A DNA stretch of 64,000 bases from Eledone cirrhosa (taxonomy: Eukaryota), in NCBI GenBank assembly GCA_964016885.1, contig CAXHJY010000641.1:1-64000 (forward strand), given 5' to 3'. Positions 32,620 through 46,321 of the stretch are shown here, one piece after another. The translations under genes were made by a program, and so were the position numbers. Below the pieces are notes generated by a model. It was not told the DNA's origin, did no database searches, and worked only from the letters and a program-made list of their open reading frames with translations. Numbering within the stretch: position 1 is the stretch's first letter; each line of letters starts with the position of its first letter.

Positions 32620-32759
<140 letters not shown>

Positions 32760-32877
32760 TGTATGTATGTATGTATGTATGTATGTATGTATATACGTGT
32801 GTGAATATACGAGCTGACAATACCTTCATTGTACGTGGTTCTAACCTTATAAAGGAGTGTATGTATACAATTGTGCC

Positions 32878-32963
<86 letters not shown>

Positions 32964-33209
32964 CATACACACGTACAGTCGTGTGTCTGCGCGATTAATT
33001 GTCACTAATGTTTTGTATACCCAGGGTGTATATATATGTGTGTATACATATTCATATATATGTGCATATATGAATATATATATATATACACACATATATA
33101 TGTGTATATTGTATATATATACACACATATATATGTGTATATTGTATATATATACACACATATATGTGTATATTGTATATATATGTTTGTGTGTATATAT
33201 ATATATGTA

Positions 33210-33256
<47 letters not shown>

Positions 33257-33631
33257 ATATATATATATGTGTATATATATATATATATATGTGTGTATAT
33301 ATATATGTGTGTGTGTGTGTGTTCCACTCAGCTTCAACTCCACTCCACCCGTCACACCCCTCGCCACCCGGTTCCTTCATTTGGGTTAATCGGTGCGCGT
33401 ACACGCGTGTACTGTTTTGTGTGAATAATGGCGGGGTTGGGGGTCGGGGGGATGGAGGTGGTGAGGGAGTGGTGGTGGTGGCGGTGGTGGTGATGGTAGT
33501 AGTGGTGGTGGTTTAGGTGGTGGCGTAGAGTCGACTTGAGGCAGAAGGGAAAAATATATTACAGCGTTGAATAAAACGAAAGCGTGCTAGAAATAATAAA
33601 AACAATAATAATAATAATAATAATAATAATG

Positions 33632-34062
33632 ATTTCTTTATTAACCACAAGGGTTTACATAAAGTAGACATTAAGGACAGTGCAGGACAATGCAGGACGG
33701 TACAAATGGGCATTTCTGCGTGTAAAAAACAAAAACAGAGGATGTAACAAAAAATAACAATGAAAAATTCCCCAATAGGGGGGAGACTTCGGAGGGACAT
33801 TTGTGGAGAAAGCCCAGTAAAAAGCCAAAATGACCCTGACCACCAAGGCAAGTGCCCTCTCCCAGTTTTCCACCTTTAATTTACAGATATATACTCAGAG
33901 TAGGCCCATTCACTCGGGCCATCCTTGCTTCTCTCACCCATCTTTCAACAAAATGCTGGGAAGAGAGCACTTCCCTCTCTACTCTGATTTTCCTTTTCAA
34001 ATGAAATTTGAAAAAGTCAATCAGAGCATCACCGAAGAGGTAAGTGCTCGTCTTCAGCCCTT
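33632..34062 (-). mobile_element. L1/Tx1-clade LINE 3' end (ORF2 C-terminus plus 3'UTR) inserted in (AAT)n
   Basis: Minus strand 34062-33881 translates KGLKTSTYLFGDALIDFFKFHLKRKIRVEREVLSSQHFVERWVREARMARVNGPTLSIYL*. The 3' end is cccttgtggttaataaagaaat + (ATT)n. Related copies are at 34072, 34570 and 36012. Confidence 0.7.
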
Positions 34063-34071
34063 AATAATAAT

Positions 34072-34170
34072 GATTTCTGTATTGGCCACAAGGGCTGACA
34101 TCAAGAAAAACATTACAGATGGTACAGGACGGTACAGGACGGTACGATGTGGGTTTTGGCCGTGTAAATA
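34072..34170 (-). mobile_element. Second Tx1-like 3' end fragment
   Basis: gatttctgtattggccacaaggg..caggacggtac, following (AAT)3. Confidence 0.6.
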
Positions 34171-34177
34171 TTTTTAA

Positions 34178-34370
34178 GGGCGGTGGATTGGCAGTATTGG
34201 TAGAGGGTCGGACGCCATGCTTTCCAGCATAGTTACGTCCCTTTACAGTCTGAGTTCAAATCCCGCCGAGGTTAACTTTGCCTTTCATCCTTACGGGGTC
34301 GATAAAATAAAGTACCAGTAATGTACTGGAGTAATTGCTGGCCTTGTGCCAAAAGTAGAAACAATTATTT
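34178..34370 (+). mobile_element. Full-length Nin-type tRNA-derived SINE (octopus-type)
   Basis: tRNA-like head with A-box-like tggcagtattgg and B box gagttcaaatcc, central ctttgcctttcatcc..gggtcgataaaataaagtaccagt, tail cttgtgccaaaagtagaaacaattatt. The central motif matches my recollection of Nin-domain SINEs. Confidence 0.9.
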
Positions 34371-34379
34371 ATATAAGAA

Positions 34380-34518
34380 GTTACGTCCCTTTATGATCTG
34401 AGTTCAAATCCCGCCGAGGTTAACTTTGCCTTTCATCCTTACGGGGTCGATAAAATAAAGTACCAGTAATGCACTGGGTAATTGCTGGCCTTGTGCCTAA
34501 AATAGAAACAATTATTTA
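34380..34518 (+). mobile_element. Nin-type SINE, 5'-truncated tandem copy
   Basis: Matches 34232-34370. Confidence 0.85.
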
Positions 34519-34569
34519 TATAAGAAAAGGAAAAAAAAAGGACATAGAAACATATATATATATAAACAA

Positions 34570-34740
34570 TAGAAATGAAAATTGAAACAATGAAAAATTT
34601 CCCAATAGGGGGGAAACCTCCGAGGGTCACTCGTGGTGAAAACCGCACAAAAGACCACAGCCACCCTGACCACCAGGGCAAGTGTCCTCTCTCAGTTCTC
34701 CCACTCCCCAGTCTACACATACTCAGAACGGGCCCGTTCC
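34570..34740 (-). mobile_element. Tx1-like LINE 3'UTR fragment
   Basis: aaaatttcccaatagggggg..accctgaccaccagggcaagtg matches 33760-33860. Confidence 0.7.
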
Positions 34741-34744
34741 CATA

Positions 34745-35790
34745 ATAATAATTGTTTCTACTTTAGGCACAAGGCCAGCAATTATCTCAGTTTATTACTG
34801 GTACTTTATTTTATCGACTCTGTAACAATTGTTTCTACTTTTGGCACAAGGCCAGCAATTACCCCAGTGTATTACTGATACTTTATTTTATCGACCCTGT
34901 AACAATTGTTTCTACTTTAGGCACAAGGCCAGCAATTACCCCAGTGTATTACTGGTACTTTATTTTATCGACCCTGTAACAATTGTTTCTACTTTTGGCA
35001 CAAGGCCAGCAATTACCCCAGTGTATTACTGGTACTTTATTTTATCGACCCTGTAACAATTGTTTCTACTTTTGGCACAAGGCCAGCAATTACCCCAGTG
35101 TATTACTGGTACTTTATTTTATCGACCCTGTAACAATTGTTTCTACTTTTGGCACAAGGCCAGCAATTACCCCAGTGTATTACTGGTACTTTATTTTATC
35201 GACCCTGTAACAATTGTTTCTACTTTAGGCACAAGGCCAGCAATTACGCCAGTGTATTACTGGTACTTTATTTTATCGACCCTGTAACAATTGTTTCTAC
35301 TTTTGGCACAAGGCCAGCAATTACCCCAGTGTATTACTGGTACTTTATTTTATCGACCCTGTAACAATTGTTTCTACTTTTGGCACAAGGCCAGCAATTA
35401 CCCCAGTGTATTACTGGTACTTTATTTTATCGACCCTGTAACAATTGTTTCTACTTTTGGCACAAGGCCAGCAATTACCCCAGTGTATTACTGGTACTTT
35501 ATTTTATCGACCCTGTAACAATTGTTTCTACTTTTGGCACAAGGCCAGCAATTACCCCAGTGTATTACTGGTACTTTATTTTATCGACCCTGTAACAATT
35601 GTTTCTACTTTTGGCACAAGGCCAGCAATTACCCAGTGTATTACTGGTACTTTATTTTATCAACCCCGTAAGGATGAAAGGCAAAGTCAACCTCGGCGGG
35701 ATTTGAACTCAGATCGTAAAGGGACGTAGCTCTATGCTGCAAAGCATGGCGTCCGACCCTCTACCGATACTGCCAATCCACCGCCCTACG
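34745..35790 (-). repeat. SINE whose 3' 77 bp is tandemly amplified (12 units including the SINE's own)
   Basis: Unit aacaattgtttctacttttggcacaaggccagcaattaccccagtgtattactggtactttattttatcgaccctgt. The last unit continues into the full SINE head (to ~35787). Confidence 0.95.
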
Positions 35791-35809
35791 TTCCCATAAT
35801 AATAATAAT

Positions 35810-35996
35810 AATAATTGTTTCTACTTTAGGCACAAGGCCAGCAATTACCCAGTGCATTACTGGTACTTTATTTTATCGACCTCCGTAAGGATGTAAAGCA
35901 AAGTTAACCTCGGCGGGATTTGAACTCAGAATGGCAAGGGCCGTAACTCTATGCGTCAAAGCATGGCGTCCGAACCCTCTACCGATACTGCCAACC
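35810..35996 (-). mobile_element. Nin-type SINE
   Basis: Reverse complement of 34178-34370, with an (AAT)n tail. Confidence 0.9.
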
Positions 35997-36011
35997 CATA
36001 ACAATAACCGT

Positions 36012-36850
36012 TTCATTTATTGGCCACAAGGGCCGACATATAGGGGACAATACAAAAGACAGGGACAGTGGGGGGGGGCTACATATACAACGTGTAAACA
36101 ATATAGATAAAAATAACAAAAATAATAAAAATACAAGGAAAATTCCCCAATAGGGAAGATAACCACCCAGGGTTGACTAAGGTACCCCACCAATCCTGCA
36201 CCACCCGACGGTTCGGGGGCACCCAGGAAGGGTAACCCTCTCATTGATAACCACCCAGGGTTGACTCATGTACCCCACCAATCCTGCACCACCCGACGGT
36301 TCGGGGGCACCCAGGAAGGGTAACCCTCTCCTTGATAACCACCCAGGGTTAACTCAGGTACCCCACCAATCCTGCACCACCCGACGGTTCGGGGGCACCC
36401 AGGAAGGGTAACCCTCTCCTTGATAACCACCCAGGGTTAACTCAGGTACCCCACCAATCCTGCACCACCCGACGTTTTGGGGGCACCCAGGAAGGGTAAC
36501 CCTCTCCTTGATAACCACCCAGGGTTAACTCAGGTACCCCACCAATCCTGCACCACCCGACGTTTTGGGGGCACCCAGGAAGGGTAACCCTCTCCTTGAT
36601 AACCACCCAGGGTTAACTCAGGTACCCCACCAATCCTGCACCACCCGACGCTTCGAGGGCACCCAGGAAGGGTAACCCTCTCATTGATAACCACCCAGGC
36701 TTAACTCAGGTACCTCACCAATCCTGCACCACTCGACGCTTCGAGAACACCCGGGTAGGTAACCCCTCTCCTCCTCCTCAAATTCACCCACCTACAGATG
36801 CATGGTCAGAGTAGACCCACCCACACTTGCACAACATGCTCCTGGGGGTG
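36012..36850 (-). mobile_element. Tx1-like LINE 3' end with an internal 88-bp tandem repeat (7 units, 36158-36770)
   Basis: tttattggccacaaggg..aattccccaataggg, then units gataaccacccagggtt..gggtaaccctctcctt starting at 36158, 36246, 36334, 36422, 36510, 36598 and 36686. The ORF end ..GGSTLTMHL* is on the minus strand near 36795-36825. Confidence 0.75.
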
Positions 36851-36889
36851 AGGGTTGTTCTATTGTTCTAAATATCATGTTATTATGTG

Positions 36890-37035
36890 TGCATAGTTAC
36901 GTCCCTTTATGGTCTGAGTTCAAATCCCGCCGAGGTTGACTTTGCCTTTCATCCTTACGGGGTCGATAAAATAAAAGTACCAGTAATGCACTGGGGTAAT
37001 TGCTGGCCTGGTGCCTAAAGTAGAAACATTTATTT
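36890..37035 (+). mobile_element. Nin-type SINE, 5'-truncated
   Basis: Matches the consensus of the other copies. Confidence 0.85.
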
Positions 37036-37110
37036 GTGGTATATTAATGCTGCCAATACTGGAAATCAAACATCAAGATAGTTGAGGTATGTCATACATC
37101 AATTCATGTA

Positions 37111-37174
37111 TTTTATCTGACGAGGACGTACTGTAAAAAAACAGCACAGTACCTTCGAAATATATATAATAAAA
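37111..37174 (+). ncRNA. Type I hammerhead ribozyme motif (PLE-type)
   Basis: ttttat CTGACGA gga cgtactgt-[loop]-acagtac cttc GAAA tatata TA ataaaa. Confidence 0.75.
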
Positions 37175-37248
37175 CATATATTTTGATTATGTGAATGTCT
37201 TCATTTATTAATATTTTGAGTAAGTATATATATATATATATATATATA

Positions 37249-37457
37249 AAACGATGGAAATGTGGTAAGGAACCAGGTGGACCATAACGCACCAAAGTAC
37301 TCAATACTTAGGGTAGTAGAGTGGGTAATAGGAACGAGTAGGACCCCGACGGCTGAGCTCAAGCCGTTTCGACGGCTAATTCTGGACTAAATGAAAATTT
37401 TTATCCTCATAAAAATTTTCATTTAGTCCAGAATTAGCCGTCGGGGTCTTACTCGTT

Positions 37458-37462
<5 letters not shown>
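37249..37462. mobile_element. Fold-back PLE-end remnant, family A
   Basis: Tail plus arm (..taggaacgagtaggaccccgacggctgagctcaagccgtttcgac..), followed by the inverted arm ending gttcctat|(AT)n. Confidence 0.8.
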
Positions 37463-37498
<36 letters not shown>

Positions 37499-37502
<4 letters not shown>

Positions 37503-37879
37503 CCAAGAAACTCACTCAGATGGGGGATGGGTGCTACACGAGAATGCTGAGGATGGCTCTGAACATTAATCAGTATACACTGAGGATGAAGAACTCAGAG
37601 CTGTACGGGAGCCTCCCAAAAGTCAGCTCAAGAGTGGCACAGAGGAGACTGAGTTTAGCTGGACATGCTCACCGACATCCAGAGTTGACACTGCACTCAG
37701 TGCTCCTGTGGCAGCCCCTACATGGACACACTAGAAGAGGAAGACCGAGGTTGACATATGTTGATGCCCTAAGGACAGACACTGGTCTGTTGGAGATGCA
37801 GGATATGGCAGCGATATTGAGGGACAGAGACCGCTGGAGAGAATTCGTCCATGGATCTCGGGAATTTTACCTGCCCTAG
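37499..37879 (+). pseudogene. RTE/RTE-X LINE ORF C-terminal fragment (5'-truncated insertion in (TA)n)
   Basis: Motifs DGCYTRMLRMALNI, ELYGSLPKVS, RRLSLAGH, LLWQP, RGRPRLTYVD and DRDRWR are typical of the post-RT region of RTE-clade LINEs. Confidence 0.9.
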
Positions 37880-38009
37880 ATATATATATATATACGTATT
37901 TATATATACACATATATATTTATATATATATATATGTGTGTGTGTATGATCAGTATATGAATGTGGGATCTACAGGTGAACGACCCTTAATAGTTATTGT
38001 TCCACCCCC

Positions 38010-39000
38010 ATACATACACACACATATATACATACACACACTAATACATACACACACACATACATACACACACTAATACATACACACACACACATATATA
38101 AATACACACTAATACATACACAGAAACACACATACATACACACACTAATTCATACACAGACACACACTAATACATACACAGACTAATTCATACACAGACG
38201 CACACATACATAAACACAGACTAATTCATAATCAGACGCACACATACATACACACACTAATACATTTCACAGACACACACTAATACATACACAGACAGGC
38301 ACACATACACACGAATACATACACATACACAGACACACACACATACATACATACATACATACATACACAGACACACACACATACATACATACATACATAC
38401 ACACACACACATACATACACATATACAGACACACACTAACACACACATACATACAGACGGACATTGACACACACAATCAAACACATACACACATAGACAC
38501 AGATACACACACACACACATACAGACACACACACGTACATATACATACATACAGATACATACACACACACACATACAGATTCACACACACACACACAGAT
38601 ACACACACACACATACATATACATACACACACACACACGCATACAGATACACACACACATACATATACACACACACAGATACATACACACACACGTACAT
38701 ATACATACATACAGATACATACACACACACACATACAGATACACACACACACACACAGATACACACACACACACATACATATACATACACACACACACAC
38801 GCATACAGATACACACACACATACATATACACACACACAGATACATACACACACACACAGATACACACACACATACATATACACACACACACACACATAT
38901 ACACACATACAGATACACACACACACAGATACACTCACACATACACGCAGAGACACACGCAGTCAAACACATACCCACACACAGCGACCCCCACAAACAC
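38010..39000. repeat. (CA)n/(CATA)n compound microsatellite
   Basis: Seen directly. Confidence 0.9.
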
Positions 39001-39069
39001 ACATTAGGGGGGGGGGCTTACCTGTCAATGACCACCTGTCTTAAATTCTTCCCACCTCCCCCACATTCA

Positions 39070-39702
39070 CCCCGCCGCCGCCGCCATCAACAACAAAAAC
39101 AACAACGTCACCATCCCGAATATCACCACCACCAACACCACCAACAACAACAACATCACCACCACCAACACCACCACCAACACCACCAACACCACCACCA
39201 CCACCACCACCACCACCATCTCCATCACCACCACCACCACCAACACCACCAACACCACCACCACCATCATAATCACCACCACCATCACCATAATCATAAC
39301 CACCACCACCACCATCACCACCACCACCACCAACACCACCACCACCATCATAATCACCACCACCACCACCACCACCAACACCACCACCACAATCTCCATC
39401 ACCACCACCACCACCATCACCACCACCATCACCACCACCACCACCATCACCACCAACACCACCACCACCACCAACACCACCACCACAATCTCCATCACCA
39501 CCACCACCACCACCACCAACACCACCACCACAATCTCCATCACCACCACCACCACCATCACCACCACCACCACCATCACCACCACCACAATCTCCATCAC
39601 CACCACCACCACCATCACCACCACCACAATCTCCATCATCACCACCACCACCATCATCACCACCATCATCACCACCACCACTAACACCACCACCACCAAC
39701 AA
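39070..39702. repeat. (CAC/CAT)n repeat
   Basis: Seen directly. Confidence 0.95.
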
Positions 39703-39723
39703 CTCTCAAAGCTTACACACAAT

Positions 39724-39756
<33 letters not shown>

Positions 39757-40535
39757 CATAGACACACAGACACAGAAATACATACACATATATATATATA
39801 CATACACACACATACACACACACATATATACATACATATATATTTATATATATAGACACAGAAATACATACACATATACTCATATACATACATATATATA
39901 CATACACACACATACACACACACACACATATACATACATATATATACATATATATACATAGACACAGAAATACATACACATATACTCATATACATACATA
40001 TATATACATACACACACATACACACACACACACATATACATACATATATATACATATATATATATAGACACAGAAATACATACACATATACATATATATA
40101 TTTACATACACACACATATACACACACACATATACATACATATATATACATATATATATATAGACACAGAAATACATACACATATACACATATACATATA
40201 TATATTTACATACACACACATATACACACACACATATACATACATATATATACATATATATATATATATATAGACACAGACACACATATACATATATATA
40301 TATATATATACATAGACACACAGACACAAAAATACATACACATATACATATATACACACATACATACACACATATACATAAACCCACAGATAAGGCGCGT
40401 TTGAAATCTGATTAAGGGTCTTATCTTCCTCTACCAAACCCCTAAATATATACAGGGTGTCCCCCAAAAATGTATATCACACTTTAACAGCATTAAAATC
40501 AAAGTATGTATATACATATATATACATATATATAC

Positions 40536-40568
<33 letters not shown>

Positions 40569-40641
40569 CCTTATGTATATGTATATATATATGTATGTGT
40601 GTATATATGTATATGTCTATGTGTATATATATATATATGTG

Positions 40642-40672
<31 letters not shown>

Positions 40673-40743
40673 CTATATGTATGTGTATATATATATATGT
40701 GTATATATATATATGTGTGTATATATATATATGTGTATATATA

Positions 40744-40779
<36 letters not shown>

Positions 40780-40896
40780 CACACCTGATACCATGATTCC
40801 ATTACAAAATCCCTATTCCTGAATATATATGTATATATATATACACGTATGTATATATATATATATATATACTATGTATACATATGTATGTATATA

Positions 40897-40962
<66 letters not shown>

Positions 40963-41275
40963 CACACATGCCTTCGCAGCCCCTCTACACAAATCCCTTA
41001 CCTGTATATACACCTCTTTTCCTCCCTCCTCTAGCGAACTCCCTAATTGTCACATACACCCCACCCGCCTCTCTACCAACGAAGCCCCTAATTCTCGACC
41101 CCGGCCCCTCTCTATTAAAAAAAACTCCCCAACTCTCGGCCCCACCCTCGCCTATTCTTGACAAGCCCCTGCCTCTACGTATAACCCCCCATACGTCAAA
41201 CCCCTTTTTTCCCTTACACATCCTAACCTACTCTTTTTAAATTACACCCTACCTGTGTGTGTGTATATATATATG

Positions 41276-41344
<69 letters not shown>

Positions 41345-41385
41345 GTGTGTGTATATATATATATATGTATATATGCATATATGTA

Positions 41386-41458
<73 letters not shown>

Positions 41459-41487
41459 GTGTGTATATATATATATATATGTGTGTG

Positions 41488-41518
<31 letters not shown>

Positions 41519-41587
41519 ATATATATATATATGCATATATGTATATATACATATATGCATATATGCATATATGTATATATGTATATA

Positions 41588-41796
<209 letters not shown>

Positions 41797-41881
41797 CTGA
41801 TGCCTCCCTCATCTGCCCTCCTATAGAAATCCCTATCTGTATAAACAGACCCTCATCTACTTTGTCAGAAAGCCCCCTACG

Positions 41882-41982
<101 letters not shown>

Positions 41983-41985
41983 ATG

Positions 41986-42026
<41 letters not shown>

Positions 42027-42129
42027 ATATATATATATATATATACACGCTCGCTTCTGTCTGCAGGATCCCTACCTGTATAAATACCGCACCCCCCTCT
42101 CACCTACTCCATCAAAATCCCCTATCTGA

Positions 42130-42183
<54 letters not shown>

Positions 42184-42466
42184 TTATATATACACACACC
42201 TGTTTCGTCAACTCACCTGTTGGCAGATGTACCTTAACCAACTCCCTGTCCGCCCATCCCCCGCCCCCTCCGACCTCACCCCCCCCTCCTGCTGCTCCTC
42301 TCCTTAAGATATTTACACACATTGCTTACAGGCTGTATCTGTATCTAGTGGAGGTGGAGTGGAGTAGGGCTGGAGTGGAATGGAGGTTGGAGTGGAGTGC
42401 TGTAAGGCTTATCTCCCTATTTTATCTGACTGTCTATCTCCATTTTCCTTTCTCACTCTCCCTCTT

Positions 42467-42503
<37 letters not shown>

Positions 42504-42556
42504 CTGTTTCTCTTTCCTCCATCTCTCTCTATCTCTGTATATATATATAGAGAGAG

Positions 42557-42745
42557 AGAAAAGGCTTCTACAGGACTAGAACTATTTCATTCGGGAGAAA
42601 TCCTCGGGGCTTCCTGATTATTTCTCCCGAATGAAACAGTTCTAGTCCTGTAGAAGCCTTTTCTTTATTAAGTATTTGTACTCTGCTTTGTATTGAGTAC
42701 TTTACTTACTGTGGTTACCCCGATTCAACCCGGGATAGATTTTTA
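42557..42745. mobile_element. Fold-back PLE-end remnant, family C, with hammerhead
   Basis: ggcttc CTGATTA tttc-tccc-gaat GAAA cag-ttctagtc-ctg TA gaagcc, with a 6-bp stem I, preceded by its inverted copy. The tail contains tattgagtactt. Confidence 0.75.
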
Positions 42746-42754
42746 TATATATAG

Positions 42755-43690
42755 TCTAACCTTTGCTACTCCCAGCCCCTAATCCTCTTCCAATCAACAA
42801 AAGTATGTGGTGTGCAAAATTTCAGCTCAATCGGACAACTGTTAGGTGACCCTCAAACACCTTGAAGTTGGAACATAGTATACGGAACAATTCATTCTGT
42901 TCAAAAGCGGTATACTGGTCCCTATTTCGACCATTTTCTTTTTCCTTCTTAGAGAAATTTATGTGGACACATCCAGGCAACCCCTGCAAATGTTTAAAAA
43001 CGTTCTGAATCAAATTTACCAGGAGTTAATTTGAAAAATTCATGAAATAACATGAAAAACTCAAGAAATATTAGGTTTACTTAATAAAGCACACAACTTC
43101 TATAAGAGAAACACATTTTTATTTACAACAATAATTTCTATATATTGAATATTAAACATTATTTTTGCGTCCGCCGAGGTTAACTTTGCCTTTTATCCTT
43201 ACAGGGTTGATAAAATAAAGTACCAGTAATACACTGGGATAATTGCTGGCCATGTGCCAAAAGTAGAAACAATTATTTTTGCATCAGAGAGGATTTAGTG
43301 GCAGTTGGGTTTGTGTTATGGCTTTCGGTAACGATCTGTAAAACAAACTGTTTCTCAGTTTCATCTTTTGTGAGAATGTTGTAATCCTGAATGAGTTTGA
43401 CACCTCTTTCTGCAACATCTTTCACAACTGTCTTCTCAAGTTTTTCAAGTCCACTTCTGTAACCAGGGGTCATCCTTCCATGTTGAAGGGTCTTTCTTGA
43501 GGAAATCGGTGCTGGTACAAAATCTCGTGAAGACAGTTTTTGTACCAGGAGTTACAAAAGACGAAACCTCGACGTTTGTAAAGGAAGAAAAGTCATTTTA
43601 GTGCAGAATCTACCTCTTCAGTTGATATTTTTCTACTTCCTCTTCTTCACCTTTGTCTGCTTCCGGCATAACTTGAGCAATATTTGCCTT
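42755..43690 (-). pseudogene. hAT (hATm-like) transposase C-terminal remnant and 3' subterminal region
   Basis: Minus strand [32 protein letters not shown], a frameshift, then GYRSGLEKLEKTVVKDVAERGVKLIQDYNILTKDETEKQFVLQIV, matching the VVND.AERGVKL motif. Subterminal aaaatttcagctcaatcgg. Confidence 0.7.
43170..43276 (+). mobile_element. Nin-type SINE, 5'-truncated, nested in the hAT remnant
   Basis: ccgccgaggttaactttgcc..gataaaataaagtaccagt..agtagaaacaattatt. Confidence 0.85.
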
Positions 43691-43694
43691 AACC

Positions 43695-44301
43695 TCTCCT
43701 TGCTCTCCTTTTCTCGTTGCTCTCATTGCTCTCCTTTCTCTCATTGCTCTCCTTTTTTTAGATGCTCTCCTTTCTGTCATTGCTCTCCTTTTCTCATTGC
43801 TCTTCTTTCTCTCCTTGCTCTCCTTTTCTCACTGCCCTCCTTTTCTCATTGCTCTCCTTGCTCTCCTTTTCTCACTGCTCTCCTTTTCTCATTGCTCTCC
43901 TTGCTCTCCTTTTTTCATTGCTCTCCTTGCTCTCCTTGCTCTCCTTTCTCTCATTGCTCTCCTTGCTCTCCTTTTCTCACTGCTCTCCTTTTCTCATTGC
44001 TCTCCTTGCTCTCCTTTTCTCATTGCTCTCCTTGCTCTCATTGCTCTTCTTTCTCTCATTGCTCTCCTTGCTCTCCTTTCTCTCATTGCTCACCTTGCTC
44101 TCCTTTTCTCACTGCTCTCCTTTTCTCATTGTTCTCCTTTTCTCACTGCTCTCCTTGCTCTCCTGTTCTCATTGCTCTCCTTTTCTCCTTGCTCTTCTTT
44201 TCTCATTGCTCTCCTTGCTCTCCTTTTCTCATTGCTCTCCTTTTCTCATTGCTCTCCTTTCTCCTTGCTCTCCTTTTCTCCTTGCTCTCATTGCTCTCCT
44301 T
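43695..44301. repeat. ttctcattgctctcctt(gctctcctt) pyrimidine-rich minisatellite
   Basis: Seen directly. Confidence 0.9.
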
Positions 44302-45730
44302 GGACTGGTGTCCTGTCCAGGGGGAAGTCTTGTACTCTCAGTCACTTAACACCAATGAAACTAAGACAGACTTTAACCCTGTGATGGACTGGTGTCCTGT
44401 CCAGGAGGAAGTCTTGTACTCTCAGTCACTTAACACCAATGAAACTAAGACAGACTTTAACCCTGTGATGGACTGGTGTCCTGTCCAGGGGGAAGTCTTG
44501 TACTCTCAGTCACTTAACACCAATGAAACTAAGACACACCTTAACCCTGTGATGGACTGGTGTCCTGTCCAGGGGGAAGTCTTGTACTCTCAGTCACTTA
44601 ACACCAATGAAACTAAGACAGACTTTAACCCTGTGATGGACTGATGTCCTGTCCAGGGGGAAGTCTTGTACTCTCAGTCACTTAACACCAATGAAACTAA
44701 GACAGACTTTAACCCTGTGATGGACTGGTGTCCTGTCCAGGGGGAAGTCTTGTACTCTCAGTCACTTAACACCAATGAAACTAAGACAGACTTTAACCCT
44801 GTGATGGACTGATGTCCTGTCCAGGGGGAAGTCTTGTACTCTCAGTCACTTAACACCAATGTAACTAAGACAGACTTTAACCCTGTGATGGACTGGTGTC
44901 CTGTCCAGAGGGAAGTCTTGTACTCTCAGTCACTTAACACCAATGAAACTAAGACAGACTTTAACCCTGTGATGGACTGGTGTCCTGTCCAGGGGGAAGT
45001 CTTGTACTCTCAGTCACTTAACACCAATGTAACTAAGACAGACTTTAACCCTGTGATGGACTGGTGTCCTGTCCAGAGGGAAGTCTTGTACTCTCAGTCA
45101 CTTAACACCAATGAAACTAAGACAGACTTTAACCCTGTGATGGACTGGTGTCCTGTCCAGAGGGAAGTCTTGTACTCTCAGTCACTTAACACCAATGTAA
45201 CTAAGACAGACTTTAACCCTGTGATGGACTGGTGTCCTGTCCAGAGGGAAGTCTTGTACTCTCAGTCACTTAACACCAATGTAACTAAGACAGACTTTAA
45301 CCCTGTGATGGACTGGTGTCCTGTCCAGAGGGAAGTCTTGTACTCTCAGTCACTTAACACCAATGAAACTAAGACAGACTTTAACCCTGTGATGGACTGG
45401 TGTCCTGTCCAGGGGGAAGTCTTGTACTGTCAGTCACTTAACACCAATGAAACTAAGACAGACTTTAACCCTGTGGTGGACTGGTGTCCTGTCCAGGGGG
45501 AAGTCTTGTACTGTCAGTCACTTAACACCAATGAAACTAAGACAGACTTTAACCCTGTGGTGGACTGGTGTCCTGTCCAGGGGGAAGTCTTGTACTCTCA
45601 GTCACTTAACACCAATGAAACTAAGACAGACTTTAACCCTGTGATGGACTGGTGTCCTGTCCAGGGGGAAGTCTTGTACTCTCAGTCACTTAACACCAAT
45701 GAAACTAAGACAAAATTTAACCATGTGATT
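44302..45730 (+). repeat. 84-bp minisatellite, third array (~17 units, opposite orientation)
   Basis: Reverse complement of the arrays at 5 kb and 9.3-10.5 kb. Confidence 0.95.
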
Positions 45731-45744
45731 ATGGAGCTAGCCTA

Positions 45745-46321
45745 AGGTGTAAAATACCCAGGTACACATTGTAAAGCTACCCTATTGGGTTAAATACCCA
45801 GGTACACACTGTATGGCTACCCTAGGGTGTTAAATACCCGGGTACACATTGTATGGCTACCCTAGGGTGTTAAATACCCAGGTACACATTGTAAAGCTAC
45901 CCTAGGGTGTTAAATACCCAGGTACACACCGTATGGCTACCCTATTGTGTTAAATACCCAGGTACACATTGTATGGCTACCCTAGGGTGTTAAATACCCG
46001 GATACACATTGTATGGCTACCCTAGGGTGTTAGATACCCAGTTACACACCGTATGGCTACCCTAGGGTGTTAAATACCCAGGTACATATTGTAGAGCTAG
46101 TCTAGGATGTTAAATACCCAGGTACACATTGTATGGCTACCCTAGGGTGTTAAATACCCGGGTACACATTGTATGGCTACCCTAGGGTGTTAAATACCCA
46201 GGTACACATTGTATGGCTACCCTAGGGTGTTAAATACCCGGGTACACATTGTATGGCTACCCTAGGGTGTTAAATACCCAGGTACACATTGTATGGCTAC
46301 CCTAGGGTGTTAAATACCCGG
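45745..46321. repeat. 40-bp minisatellite gggtgttaaatacccaggtacacattgtatggctacccta (~14 units)
   Basis: Seen directly. Confidence 0.95.

Noticed and set aside
34745-36770. CRISPR-like appearance of the 77-, 84- and 88-bp arrays
   Set aside because: Whole units are repeated with no unique spacers, there are no cas genes, and the context is eukaryotic.
39028-39684. Poly-His ORF, and a possible minus-strand splice donor (cag|gtaagc at ~39015-39023)
   Set aside because: It is a (CAC)n repeat, and an isolated donor-like motif is not enough to call an exon.
40452-40500. Tc1/mariner TIR-like TA|cagggtgtccc
   Set aside because: A single short end with no partner TIR identified.
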